Of a stretch of DNA of 64,000 bases, positions 23,301 to 36,640 are shown piece by piece. This DNA is from Selaginella moellendorffii. Lineage: Eukaryota; Plantae; Lycopodiophyta. The stretch's first letter is position 1, and each line of letters begins with the position of its first letter. Location: assembly GCF_000143415.4 (NCBI RefSeq), contig NW_003314454.1, positions 16,096-80,095 on the forward strand, written 5' to 3'. The translations under genes were made by a program, and so were the position numbers. Below the pieces are notes generated by a model. It made no database searches, was not told the DNA's origin, and worked only from the letters and a program-made list of their open reading frames with translations.

Positions 23301-25007
23301 CTCATCTTTGACTACACCTCAAGCTTGCTTTCGCACTGCCTTCAGTCCAATCCAAGAAAAGTTTATGAGAGAGCACAGCAATGATTACTTGAATCAATAG
23401 ACTAATCCCTACAGTCTTGATTGATCCACTTGTAACCATGCCTAGGAAGGATCCACTAGTGCCATGCTAAATAGCTACAGACCAGCCTATTTGCCACTCA
23501 TAGCAAACTCAAGGAAAGTTTACATTCACCCATGGTACATGGAACAACTCATGGAATCACCAATAAGCTAACATTAATCCCGCCAACTCAAAGTATAACC
23601 TCGAGTTGCTAATGTGCCTCACTCACGAGCCCAAGCACAAACTCGTGCTATCGGAACAACTCAATCCCTTTTATGAGCCCAAGCGCAAGCTCACATTATT
23701 ACGGTACAAAAGGTAACCAAATCCATACCCAAGGAATAATTGCGAAGTCTTTGCACCCAAACGTGTACCCACTCGGATCATCATTTTCATCTCTGCGTAT
23801 GCAACAAGACTAGTTGCCTAATCTCATTGTATAGTACTCGCTGAGACTCATCCTTTGATACCAAATGTAGCGCAAGTGGTTTTGACCCTTTATTCTATGG
23901 TGATTTACCATAGGATAACACCACGAAGCGGAACCTAAACCTTCTTCGTGCCATGTGATAGATGCCACGTGTCACATGCCATGTGTCCAAAGGAACATGG
24001 TGCGGAACCCGAAGTTCAAGGCCTTGGGCCACTAAACGAAGGAACAGTGCCAAAACCCCCAAGCATGGAGCCAAGGAGTGATAGAACCGAACCAAGGAGC
24101 AACTCCCAAGCATGCAGCCCAAGGAGCGAAGGAACAGGAGCCCGGAGCGACTTGGAACAGTCCTAGAGCAACCAGCATCCCAATGCCAGGACCAGCACGC
24201 AAAACGGAGCCAAACAGAGTCTAGTGCTATTTCGGCATACCGGTGGCCTAACGCAAGGACATGGGTACTCCACCAGCTAGCATGGAATGGAACTTAGGCA
24301 CCCAAGCCGGATGCAGAACAAGGACAGGCACGCAAGCGGGAGCTAGACTATGCCTCAGGTTGGTCAGCCATGCCTGACCTACCCACTATCCCTACTATAC
24401 AGTTGGAACCCCCACAGCCCCCCCCCCCCTTGAGGAACACACACTTTGGGCTTTCACCCCAAGCCTCCCTTAGTACTAGGAGTTAGTCTCTTGGACAACT
24501 TCGAAACTTATTAAATATGAAATGTCCCTAGATTGTGAATTTAGACACAGGACGAACATCATTATGTTCAAGTTGATCTCTACATTCTATAAATATGCCA
24601 AATGAGCAAATCTGGACACTTTCCATAAATAGCATTTGAGACCAAAATGAGACCAACACAAAGGGCATGATAGCGAGGGTGTTTGGCAACACGGTAAGCT
24701 ATCATGTAGCGATATTAAGGGACCAATCTCAATACGCGAGGGTTCTTGTCAAGCCAGTGCAAGACAGAGCAAAAGAGAACTAAAAAGCCAAGCCAAGTAT
24801 GCTCAGCTAAATAGACACTTAGGAATTCCGTTCTTATGCTCATCTAGCCAAGTACAAATGCAAAGTCCAGTTTACTAACACTTGAACAAGAGGGGCTGAT
24901 AAAGGGTCTAGCAACACCGACCTCTTGCCATCGTGGTAGTAAGGTAAGAGTGTCCGTAAGGATTGGTCGACAAGTAACTTTCGATACCCGAAGTCACATT
25001 CATGACA
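17339..25007 (-). mobile_element. Complete family-1 LTR retroelement without recognisable gag/pol (LARD-like)
   Basis: LTRs 23866-25007 (5') and 17339-18394 (3'); TSD TTTAG at 17334-17338 and 25008-25012; tRNA-Met-type PBS TTTGGTATCAAAG at 23853-23865; PPT GGGGGGGAGAG at 18395-18405. Confidence 0.93.
18772..19787 (-). mobile_element. Family-1 solo LTR nested in an element of its own family
   Basis: TG...CA termini; flanks GCTAG/GTTAG (TSD, 1 mismatch). Confidence 0.88.
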
Positions 25008-25841
25008 TTTAGAGCTAAGCCTAGAGTGTCGGTGCATCTTGGCGAAGATGTAGGCATAAAGTGAGTGAGAGGGAAAAAGTGAGAGAGAAAAGAAAGCTCC
25101 CTAGCCACCTCCAAATTACTTAAGTCGCCATGCCTTATTGCATTAGCAAGCTTTATTGTCTTGCCTTTGTTTGCTTTTGTATGCAAATGTATTGTAGAAA
25201 TGTTTTTTCTTTATTGGCCTAGTAATCTCTGTTCATTAATCTTTATGGTTTGTTGTAGAGTTTATAAAATGGGGCAAGAAAAATGTAAACGATACTCTTG
25301 GAGTATCTGCCTCTTCTTTTCTTTTCCTCCAAATCTTGCATTGTCTAGAGAAAATTTCTATAGGTCATATCAACAAGATTTTGAAAGAAGGCCTGCTCCA
25401 AAGAAAGAAATATCTATCTAATATATCTCTTGATTTCTGTCTTTGGAACTTCCCCATCAAAGAAAGCACTCAAATATAAAAGGGTTTCTCTAGCATAAAG
25501 ACAAATCTTTCCCAAGGGACATTTATTTTCCCTTTGTTCTAAATGAACAAATCTCTATTTTAGCTTTATAGAAAATACTACTCCTTTCCAATTTGATTGA
25601 TCTAACTCTATGGGAAGATAGAAAAGTTTGGAAATAAGATCTTGAGTGATTTTAATATCCCCTCCATCCATTTTGAAAGCCAGTTTTACAAGATTCCATA
25701 ATTGAAGAATAAATTTGCCCTCCTATGGTTTTACTTTGATGTCGTTTTGTAAAATTTTTCTAAACTCCTATCCTTCATCCAATTAGCCACCCTATCTGTG
25801 CATTTAAGTAGCTCATCATGATAAATCCCTGCAAGGGCTTC

Positions 25842-26036
25842 TGTAAGCTTTTGAATTTAGACTTCCTGGGAGTTCACCCAACCCAATATTATTTAAACCC
25901 AAGGACGTTTAATCCCAAATATCCCAAAACCCTTAACCAATTAAAAAAGGGGGTGTACTTTTATTCATGGGTCTTTGCCCTCTATATTTGAACCCCTATA
26001 GATCTTTTTTTGAATTGTTCCTTTTGGTTGTTTATA
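25842..26036 (-). mobile_element. Solo LTR of Cassandra-like 5S-bearing TRIM
   Basis: Reverse-complement homolog of 1727-1920; perfect TSD GCTTC at 25837-25841 and 26037-26041. Confidence 0.88.
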
Positions 26037-26059
26037 GCTTCATCCACGAGCTTATCCAT

Positions 26060-28690
26060 AGTTTTATACCCTAACAATATTTATGGTTATATTTTCATGA
26101 TACTTTTTTAAATGGTTTAAATTTACTATTATAGTATTGTCCCTGTTTAAGGTGGGCACTTCAGCCATTCCTAGAGTTAATATCTTAGACAAAATAAATG
26201 GATCATTCCATTTTCTCTTGAATTTATTTTCAAGAGCATCTATTTTGCCTTGATACTAAAGGACTTTATCTCTTGGTTTAAGATTGTAAAAAAATTTCAA
26301 TTGTCTATCATGTTTAGTCTTTTTGGTTTTCTGAATTGCATATAGGGTCCAAATTGCTCTAAGTTTAAGCTCATCTAAATTTTTTATTTTGGCAAGTCTT
26401 TGTTTAAAAGCTTCTTTTTTGTCTAAGCCATTTTTAATTACAATATGCAAATAAGGAATTATAAATTCCATAAGCATTAAAGCTTCCTGGCCATAAGTGA
26501 GATAAAATGGTGCCTGTGGATACTTTATATACAGTTCTATAAGCCCATAAAACATCTAGGATTTTCATATTCCAATCTTTTTTATTGTCCTTTACTATCT
26601 TTTTCAAAATATTTTTGAGCACTTTGTTAGTAGATTTAGCTTGACTATTCCCTTGCAGGTAATATGACATGGATTTTTTGTGCTTAAGGATGAATTTTTG
26701 TATAAGAATTTCTATTGTTTCACTGATGAAATGGGTGCCTCCATCTATGATAATTTCTTTAGGCAAACCAAATCTTACAATGATATTTTCATAAAGGAAT
26801 TTGGTAGTGTTAGCTACTGAGGTTTATTTCATAAGTATAGCTTCTGTGCATTTAATCATATAATCAGTGGCGACTAAAATGTATTTGTTCCTTTTACTGT
26901 TTGTCACCATAGGACTTGCAAAATCCAATCCCTATTTGTGAAATACTTCATATGGATAGGTAAGATTTAGTTTGTGGATTTACTTTTTATATGGTAGTTT
27001 ATGCTTTTGGCAAATGTCATAATTTTTGTAGAAAATTGTTATATCTTTCTAAAGCATAAGCCACCACAACCCTGTTTATAAGACTTTTTTAGTAATGATT
27101 TCGCCTGTAAAATGGCCATTTGATGGGCCTGAGTGAGCTTTCCTTAAGATTTCATTTCTTTCTTTTTATTTATTAACATATCTCCTTAATGTTCCATAGA
27201 TGCTTAATTTACATAGGCACTCCTCCACAACAGAATAAAGTCATGTCCTCAAGACAAAAAATTTCATTTTCTCTAAGAAGTTATAGTGGTGGAACTATAC
27301 CTATAGATAGATAGATTTGTATATCTTCCAACCAAACAGTATGCATGGAGATTACAAATAAGCGAGTATTTAGTTCATCTACCTTAGTATTAAGTGACTC
27401 TTCGATAGTGATAAAATTTAGGCAATCAGCCTGTTTATGGAATTTTCCAGATTTATGATTTATTTCAAGATAAAACTTCTTTGTACAATTGGGCTTAACA
27501 AGTATAGGTGGCTCTTTGAGGCATTTTTTAAGCCTTAAAAATGCTTCTTGACAATTTTCATTTCATATAAATGGAGTATCTTTATTTAAAAGATTAGTAA
27601 GTGGCTTGGCAATTTTTGCATAAACTTTTATAAATTGTCTATGATAACCAACTTTGCCTAGAAAGCAACGAAAACTTTTTAAATCATATGCTGAAGACAT
27701 TGTCTCAATTGTTTGAGTTTTATCTTTATCTACAAGGATATTTTCCTTGCATACAATATGACCTAAAAATATGCCCAAATTTACAAAGAAAGTACATTTC
27801 TTTGGATTAAGAGAAATGTTATGTTCTTTGTATTTTTGGAAACACTTTTGCAAGCAAACTAAATGTTCCTTTTTGGAGTTGAAGACACTAAAATCATCTA
27901 TGAAACCTTTATAAAATTAATGAGATATTCTCTGAAAGTGTCCATAACAACTCTTTAAAATGTAAAAGAAGCATTGCATAGGCCAAAAGGCATTTTACAA
28001 TAGGCATAAACTCCCCATAGGCTTATAAAAGCCATTTTGTGTTGATCTTCAGGTGTTACTTCCACATGATTATAGACAAAGAATCCATTTAAAAATGAAT
28101 ATATCTCATGACTTGCTACTGAATCTAGAATTTTGTTTATGAAAGGAATAAAAAACATATCCCTTTTTGTTGCATCATTTTGTTTTTTGTAATCCACACA
28201 AACTCGTAATTTGCCATTTTTCTTAGACACAATTACAAGTGGTGAAAGAAATTAAGCATTCTGGATTGGATAGATGAATCTTGCCTAGAGAAGTTTATCG
28301 ATTTCCTCCCTAACTTTACCTTGGTAATTAAGATTCATTTTATAAAACATTTGCTTTTTAGGCATATTTCCCAAGAGTATCTCAATTCAATAAGTACAGA
28401 GCTTTGGCAGGATGCTTTTTAAATCTGTGTAACACTATACAAAAATGTCCTTGTAGTCTTTTAGTAGATTTATGGCTTGATTGTGAAATTCATTTTACAA
28501 TTTTTGAGCAATTGTGAGAATATGAGGATTATTCTCATCTACTAAATCACAAAAAACATACAAAACATAGTTTATCTGTTAATCAATCTTATAGGTAGGA
28601 TCCTTCTATAGGGAGTAATCTCTTATAGCCGAACTGATCTTTAATTTAGTGGCTTTTTGTTTAGGTATTTCTTTAAGTATTGAATAGAGA
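26060..28690 (-). pseudogene. Degenerate Gypsy pol (RT, largely deleted RNase H, integrase), Athila/Tat-like
   Basis: KKNGKLRVCVDY, MPFGLCNA, GFIDDFSV (~27885-27908), FLGKVGYHRQFI; integrase H...GHF, DGGTHF, GNSQAKSTNK, LWAYRT. Confidence 0.88.
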
Positions 28691-28696
28691 TTAACT

Positions 28697-31600
28697 TATA
28701 TCTAAAGCATTGAATGATTGTCTCCTTGGAAAGAACACATGAAATATATGTTCATAGTGGATTTGTCTAGTAAATATATCCAAGTACTGTTAAAAAATTA
28801 ACATATCACTAGAATCTAGAAAGCAATTGCCATTAAAGAGAATGAAATCATGACCATTGATCATGACCGTTGATCGTGACCATTGATCATGACCGTTAAG
28901 TTTTAGGGTTTTACTGCTAGGGTTTGAGCAAGGAAAAACACTTGAATCTCGAAATGTGTTTCAAGATGCTTCTCAATCAGGACACTAGATGCTTTTTAAG
29001 ACACTAGAAAGACACTCCTCAATCAAAGTATGCCTCTCTCTGCTGCTTTTTCATCTCCCCATCTTTTGTTCCTAGCTCGCGAGTAACTTGCACCTCATGG
29101 CTATTTCACACTGAAATGATCAGTTCGGTAGCAAACCAATCTTCCTAGCACATCAGATTCTGGGTTTTTTTTTTCTTGTCATGGCCTTGGTGTTGTAAGA
29201 TTGGTTTAGCAGTGAACTAATCTTCCTAGTGCCAAGGGAACTACTTCTTTTCTTATTTTTTTTGTTCCCTTGGCACTGAGAAAATCAATTCAGCGACGAA
29301 CCAATCTTCTAGTGCCAAGGGAATTGCTTCTTTTTTTCTTCTTTTGTTCCCTTGGCACTGAGAAAATCGGTTTAGCAATGAATTGATCTTCTGGTGCCAA
29401 GGGAATTGCTTCTTTTCTTCTTCTTTTTGTTCCCTCAGTGCTAGAAGATTGGTTTGCTGCCGAACTGATCTTCCCAGCACCAAGTTTCTTCTTCAAAACT
29501 TTTTTTTAATGTTTACTCAAGTTTATTTATCATTTTCATGTAGACATATAAATCATGCCACAATAGAAGAAGCGTGCCAGTCAACCTCAATGGACCCATT
29601 CTCCAGAAAAACAACTAGATCATTGTGCTAGATTCATTAGGGACATCTCACAAGTTCAAAGCGCTGCTTTGGAGGAAGACCATGGTGGGAGTAGTGGTGT
29701 CCAGATCCAAGCAATGGTTGATCCTGATCCAAGTGTTAGCATGCAGGAGCCAGATGGTTTTAGCGAGCGTGGAAATGCAAAACCTATATATAACACAGGA
29801 GAAGCTGCTAGCTGTAGTGCTATAGGTGGTGGGGCAGAACTTGGTGGCAAAAATGAGGCACCTAGTGCTATAGGTGGTGGGGCAGATCTTGGTGGTGGAA
29901 ATGGCAGACATGCTACTACTCCTGAAGGTCACAGAAATGAGGTGGTAACTATGCTAGAGGCTGACACGGTCTTGAATGAGCAAGTATGCGAGACTATTGT
30001 CCAGGCTCAAGAATGATCTATCAGCAGAGTGTTAGGTGAAATGGCTTGAAAAGGACCCAACATCTTCAAATTCCACTTTGTTGTCTTAAGCAGAGTCACT
30101 GGGTGTGCTTAGCCTACAACCTCAACATGGCTATTTATACCTTTTTCACAGAGGTTGGATTTGGGCACACTGCTGGATCATTTATTGTGTCGTCATCAAT
30201 CCCTTATTCCCGAGATTGAGCAGACTTGGGATCAAATATGGCAGAGGAAATCTCAAGAGTTTGATGCTTTGATGGTGTGCCACAAGAAGACACAAGCCTT
30301 TGTAGGCTAGATGTTCTTCATTATTGATGGAAACCACTAGTGGCTAGCGTTTTGGAGGTGTATCCAAGAGAAGTTCTAGGACAATGACGAGTGACATATT
30401 TGTGTTCCAGTGACACTTGTAAAGCCATAGGATCGAAATCAAGCTGTGAGGCTCAACCTTGCATGTCATAAGATCAACATGTAAGAATCTTTTACTAGTA
30501 ACATTTTTTCTCACCAACTATATTACAAGTTTAATCAATTTGCTTTCCAAGCACATACCTTGGTCTATGATATCAAGCACCTTCAATATGTTAGCATGCT
30601 TTCTCTCGAGGAAATCCAGATGCTGTATAGTCGTGAGGTTATGGAAGCAATTCAAGCAAAGCTTGTAGCATGTAAAGGCCAAGAGTTGCTTACTTGGTAT
30701 CAGGTGCCTATGGGTTTTTTGGTTGTGGTCTGGGCAAAGGTATCCTTTTCTTGCATAAACTTATGTTTTCTACTCACAAGTTTTCCTTTTAGCTAATTGT
30801 CAAGGCAGAGCAAAACTCATATTTAAAGATTACACAAGTGACAAATGAGATGCAAAAGAACCTTGAACTGTGTCAAATTGAGCAATGCATTTTGAACTTG
30901 AAGAAATCAAAGGTGAAGAAGCTACTTGCAATTGCGAACATTTAACGCAATAAAGATTGGCTAGATTGCATTGCAGAGATATGCTCTCGTGGCAATAAGT
31001 TAGTCCCTTTTATCTTTCTCATTCCATGTTGAAATCCTTGTCCTTGTAGGAAATGGTAAAGCACCTAAAGAATTTATCTATAACATTGCAAAAAGTAAGC
31101 TCTCCTTTAATGAACAAACCTCTTGCTTGGAGCTCCTCAACACTTGGCATCATAATAATGATAAGAGGTTGAAGAGCAAACTTGAGAATGTGATAAAGGA
31201 GAAGCTCAATATCACTCAAAGTATTGTGACTGCTAAGAAGCTACTTCAAGCATGGGATACGAAGTTTTTTATTAGTGCCCACACCGGGATAACACTTCCA
31301 GAATATGTTTGAGCTTCCCTTCAAGAGCTTAGGGATGGATGGCTTCTTGATGACAGCTCAAGCTCCATGGATTTCAAGAACCAGCTGGACCAACCATTTT
31401 TCTCGTGCTATATGGCATATAGGTATATTGCAAGAACTTGACTTGCTTATTTAATTATGGCTCTTTTGTAGGTATTTAAATCATTGCCCAAGTGCTCCAG
31501 TGTACACAGCAAATGTTTTTCTCAAGCTTTTAACTGGTGGGAAGAAACTTGGCATGTATGAGCTAAAGTTTCATTGTCCCACTGCACGAGAGCAAGAATT

Positions 31601-32203
31601 GTGTCCATGGTACTTGGAGTTGTGGAGGCAAATGCCATTGTCACCTTTTGAGCTTGATCTCTACCTCGAGTGTCATCCAGATTTGATGAGTAAAACTTCC
31701 TAGTAGTAACTTATGTTTCTACTTTATTGTAGAGGCATTTTTGGAGGGAGTGGAGATGCCTCAAGATAGGGACGAGATTCATATTGAGCAGACCGAAGAT
31801 GAACAAGTGGAGAACCGGTCTGAAAACTCTCTTGCCCCATCTCATCTTACAGCAGTTGCTCATTCCCTAGATCCTACTGCCGCTGCTTGTCTAGCCCCAA
31901 CTGCTCGAAATGTACGAAGGCAGCTCCATAGTGAGGACGTCCAAGAGAGTAAGAACTTGATTTCCAATGACCTTGCTTATTGTAATTTGGTTGTAGATGT
32001 CAAAGAAACCAGCCAGCACTCTATATGCCGACATACAAATGTGTTCTTTCCATGTCTCCCCATTGCTACATAGGATGACCTCCAAGAGTTATCTTCATCG
32101 GCTTCACATAAATAGGTATGAAAAAAAAAATGTATTAACTTTAATATTTCCCAATTTTGAACACTATTTAGGTTCGCCCTTTTTCTCCTATGGGAAGTGT
32201 TGG
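28697..32203 (+). mobile_element. Diverged MULE copy C: promoter, palindrome array and ParB-like cargo pseudogene (ATG ~29555)
   Basis: 28697-28930 homologous to 10577-10700; IIDGNH*WLAF at 30320-30352; exons homologous to copy B up to VRPFSPMGSVG, where an LTR interrupts. Confidence 0.85.
29118..29470. repeat. ~82-bp tandem repeat, each unit carrying an ATCGGTTC-N6-GAACCGAT-type palindrome (decayed)
   Basis: Palindrome cores at ~29119, 29200, 29284, 29366, 29448 with shared CTTC(C)TAGTGCCAAGGGAA...GTTCCCTTGGCACTGAG linker. Confidence 0.8.
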
Positions 32204-34508
32204 TGTCGCGAATGTGACTTTAGGTATCGAAAGTTACCTGTCGACTAGTCCTTATGGACACTCTTACCTTACTGCCACGATGGCAGGAGGTCGGTATTGT
32301 TGGACCCGTTATCAGTCTCCGCCTAAGCTAGTTGAGAAATTGGTCTTCACATGTGCACTTGACCAGATGAGCATAAGGACGGAATTCCTACGTGCTATTT
32401 GTCAAGCATACTTGACCTAGTTAGAGAAACTCATTCGTTGACTTGCACTTGCTAGTGTTGGGAACCCCCGCGATATTGAGCTTGGTCCTTTAATATCGCT
32501 AGATGATAGCTTATCGTGTCTGCCAAACACCCTCGCTATCATGCCCTTTGTGTTAGTCTCATTTCGGTCCCAAATGCTATTTATGGAAAGTGTCTAGATT
32601 TGCTCATTTGGCATATCTACGGAATGTAGAGGTCGGCCTGAACATAATGGTGTTTGTCCCGTGTCCAAATTCGCAATCTAGGGACATTCCATATTTAGTA
32701 AGTTTCAAACTTGTCCCAGAGACTAACTCCTGATACTAAGGGAGGCTTGGGGTGAAAGCCCAAAGCGTGTGTTCCTCAAGGGGGGGGGGGCTATGGGGGG
32801 TTCCAAATGTATAGTAGGGATAGTGGGTAGGTCGGGCATGGCTGACCAACCTGAGGCATAGTCTAGCTCCCGCTTGCGTGCCTGTCCTTGTTCTGCGTCC
32901 AGCTTGGGTCTAAGCCCAAGTTCCATTCCATGCTAGTTGGTGGAGTACCCATGTCCTCGCGTTAGGCCCCCGGTATGCCGAAATAGCACCAAACTCCATT
33001 TGGCTCCGTTTTGCGTGCTGGTCCTGGCATTGGGATGTTGGTTGCTCCAGGACTGTTCCAAGTCGCTCCGGGCTCCTATCCCTTCGCTCCTTGGGTTGTA
33101 TGCTCGGGAGTTGCTCCATGGACCGGTTCCGTCACTCCTTGGCTTCGTGCTTGGGAGTTTGGCACCGTTCCTTTGTTCAGTGGCCCAAGGCCCTGAACCT
33201 CGGGTTCCTATGGACACGTGGCATGGACACGTGGCATGTGACATGTGGCATCTGTCACGTGGCACAAAGAGGGTTTAGGTTCCGCTTCGTGGTGTTATCC
33301 TATGGTAAATCACCATAGGATAAAGGGTCAAAACCACATGCGCTACATTTGGTATCAGAGAGAGGTTGAGTCTCGGCGAGTACTATCCAATGAGATTGGG
33401 CAACTAATCTCATTGCATACGCAGAGATGAAAACGATGATCCGAGTGGGTACACGTTTTGGAGCAAAGGCTTCGCAATTGTTCCATGGGTATGGATTTGG
33501 TTACCTTGTTATACCATATTTTGTGAGCTTGAGCTTGGGCTCACAAGAGGGATTGAGTTGTTCCGTTCGCACGGGTTTGAGCTTGGACTCGTGAGTGAGG
33601 CACATTAGCAACTCAAGGTTATATTCTGAGTTGGCAGGATTAATGTTAGCCTATTGGTGGTTCCATGAGTTGTTCCTTGTACCATGAGTGAAAGTAAACT
33701 TTCCCTGGGTTTGCTATGAGTGGCAAATATGCTGGTCCGTAGCTGTTTAGCACGGCACTAGTGGATCCTTCCTAGGCATGACTACAAGTGGATCAATCAA
33801 GACTATAGGGATTAGTCTATTGGTTCAAGTAGTCATTGTCATGCTCTCTTATAAACTTTTCTTGGATTTGACTGAAGGCAGTGCGAAAGCAAACTTGAGG
33901 TTTAGTCAAAGTAGAGACCGAAAAGAGAGTTGTCGAGGACGAAGGATCAAACACGTAAATCATTTTCTCTTCTTGGAGAGATGATTTGCAACAAGGTGTT
34001 AACTCATTGCTTGTGTTCACATCATGCAATCAAGAGTCCCTACCTTGATGCATGTTGGAGATGGTGGTCTTACAATGGTGAGTTGTGGGATGGATAGTGG
34101 TGAAGTGCTATACCATTTTGTCTAGGCTTGTTATTGGAAAACTTGAGTTACAATGCTCAATTCTTTTCCGGGGAACCTTGCTATTGCTCCTTGAGTAGCT
34201 TGGTGTTGGATTAGTTTTGAGTTTGGTCGGAAAGAGAGTGGCGTGAGCTTGTCTGTGTTGTGAACAAAAGTTAGTGGTGTTAAGTGTTATAAATCTCTAT
34301 TGATGGAGTGTGATAATTATGTTACATTTTGTCGAATCGAGTTGACACTTGATGCTCACATAAACCTTTGAAGTAATGACATTGGCATTGCTCGTGGTGT
34401 TGCTTGATTAATGATCAAGACATTGTGATTTCCATATCATATCCATGTGATAATGAGCAATGTGTTTACGAAGTTGCTTGGTTAAACGATAATCAACCCC
34501 AAAGTGGT
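32204..34508 (+). mobile_element. Family-1 5' LTR (32204-33347) + PBS + truncated non-coding internal region
   Basis: TGTCGCG...GCTACA; PBS TTTGGTATCAGAG 33348-33360; internal region matches revcomp of ~22637-23865 until an abrupt junction at ~34508. Confidence 0.92.
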
Positions 34509-36640
34509 ACTCACAAAACCAGGGGTCATGTTGTATATGGAGAGGCAATCTTCAAGAGGTTTGTCGAGACATGTAGCGAGCAGCAACCACATAAAACCCG
34601 CCTCTTGGAAGATGGAACTCGAGACACCCAACGAGTTCTCCCTTCCATGTATACCAAGGGTATTAGAAGATGTGAATCAGGAACTCCAAAGTAATGGCTA
34701 CAGGAAGCTGAGCCAATCTAGATTTAGTAGATTGTGGAGCAACAGGTTTAGGGATGTGAGTATAGGAAAGTACTCCAGCTTTTCAAAGTGTGACGAGTGC
34801 ACTGCTATCAAAATGGCTTTGTCGAAGAATTCTTGCATCGCTCAAGAGCGAGAGACGTTGGTTAGAAGGCGGCTCGACCACAATATCGAGCAGAGAAGCT
34901 GCAGAGCTGCATATTATCATAACAGGATTCTCTCCATGCAGAGACCTGACTCTTACCTCTGCATCATCCACGACAAAATGGACCAGAAAAAGACGTGCTT
35001 ACCTCGACTCAATCCTGCCCCCAAGGCAATCTCTTCATCCATGCAGCTGCCTGTGTCTCTGTTTGGCATAATCGCTCATGGGCATGGTGCCTAGAACTAT
35101 GGGAACTTCTTTGTACCTCTATGGGGTGGCGGGGGTGCAAACATGATGATTGCGTCCCTAGCAAAACACTTAAGGTCTCTGCAAAGTGCGCAGACTGAGT
35201 TGAACGGCCAACCCTTGCATAAGGCCCTTGTCGATCGAACCCCATACAGGGTTCAGCTGGAGGAGGAGCAAAGGCTTGCAGTATCGCGTGGGGCCCCATG
35301 CCATCCCAGTGAATATGTTGGCCGTCAGATTGTAGGGTTATCACGTGAGGCCTCATGCCATTCCGACGAGGCTGGTGGCCCAGTGAATGCACAGCCTCAT
35401 CCAAACGAAGCAGAATCTCAAGGAAGTTCTTGCGGCTGATGTGGCCTTCCACCCCATCTTCTGCTCCAAACAGACAATGCTGGCAGTGAGAACAAAAACA
35501 TGTACGTCTTCACGTACTTGGCTTTCTCATGGTTGGGCACACTCATGAAGACGTCGATGCCATGTTCAGTCACCTGGCAGAGTCCCTCTGGCGATTCAAT
35601 GTCCTCACCCTCCCACAACTCTACGATGAATTCCAAAATTGCATCAAAGGCACTGTTGAAGCTGCACTTGTGACAGAGGTTCCAGACTTTAAGGGGTTTG
35701 TAAGAGGCTACATCAGGGATGGATCCGAAATGCTGATTGGCCACTCCAAGCCTCTTCAGTTTCATTTCAGCATGCGTGACGGTGCTCTAGTGATGAAGTA
35801 CAAGATGAGAGAATGGGACACAGTGTGGCTGCCAATGGACGGCATTGAACTCTTCAAGAGAGATCCCATAACTGGGGAACCTATGATTCCTCAGGGTTCC
35901 CCACGGCCGATGCACCCGGATGGACTCAAAGACCAGGAAAGTATAGTGGCCGGGATTAGACAGCATATTGCCTTTTGGAAGAGGGGGTTGGTGTTTGGTG
36001 GAGAATCCTATTTTCAGAGGTGCAAGCCTTTGATCAAATACTGGGAGAAGATTATATCTGCTATCTAAAATGGGCCGGTTGTATATGAAGAATTGGAAGA
36101 GTCCTTTTGGCCAGAACCCAGAGCACCAGATATTAGCGGAACAATGTCCTCTGGAAATGCAGTGACAGATAACGATGTTGAGGATCACTATTGTGGGCCG
36201 AGGAACAAGAAGCCGGATTCAGCATTCAATCCAGTACAGGTCTGCAAAGGAATGGTCGTGCTTGTCAGACCCAGTAATAAAAAACAAATGATATGGGTGG
36301 GGCGCTGCATCACTGATGCAAAGGAGGACGCGGAAACTAACTCCTTCAATGTAACTGTGGAGTGGTTCAAGCCAAGTTCCGGATATACGAAGGATTGCCT
36401 AGAAAAGAGATGGGTGCTGAATCCAAGGGATCCCAGCATGAGCATATCGGTGGATAATGTTGTGCATGGTTGGATGCGGAAGCAGAGTGCCACCATCACC
36501 TTGCCAGACCATGCAAGAGATGCAGCAAGAGCATTCATAACCCGGGTTCAAGGTGAGATTCATTAATATTCCTTTACTAAGTTTCTAATGTATTTTATTT
36601 CAAGGTGAACAATCCGAATCTGAATCAGAGGAGGCATGAT
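34509..36640 (+). pseudogene. Sola-like (DUF7869-type) DDE transposase remnant with C-terminal BAH/Tudor-like barrel
   Basis: FSKCDEC, IIHDKMDQKKTCLPR, GIIAHGHG, LLQTDNAGSENKN, VGHTHEDVDAMFS; stops and frameshifts, 5' truncated; C-terminal GMVVLVRP...WVGRC...VTVEWFKP. Confidence 0.72.
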
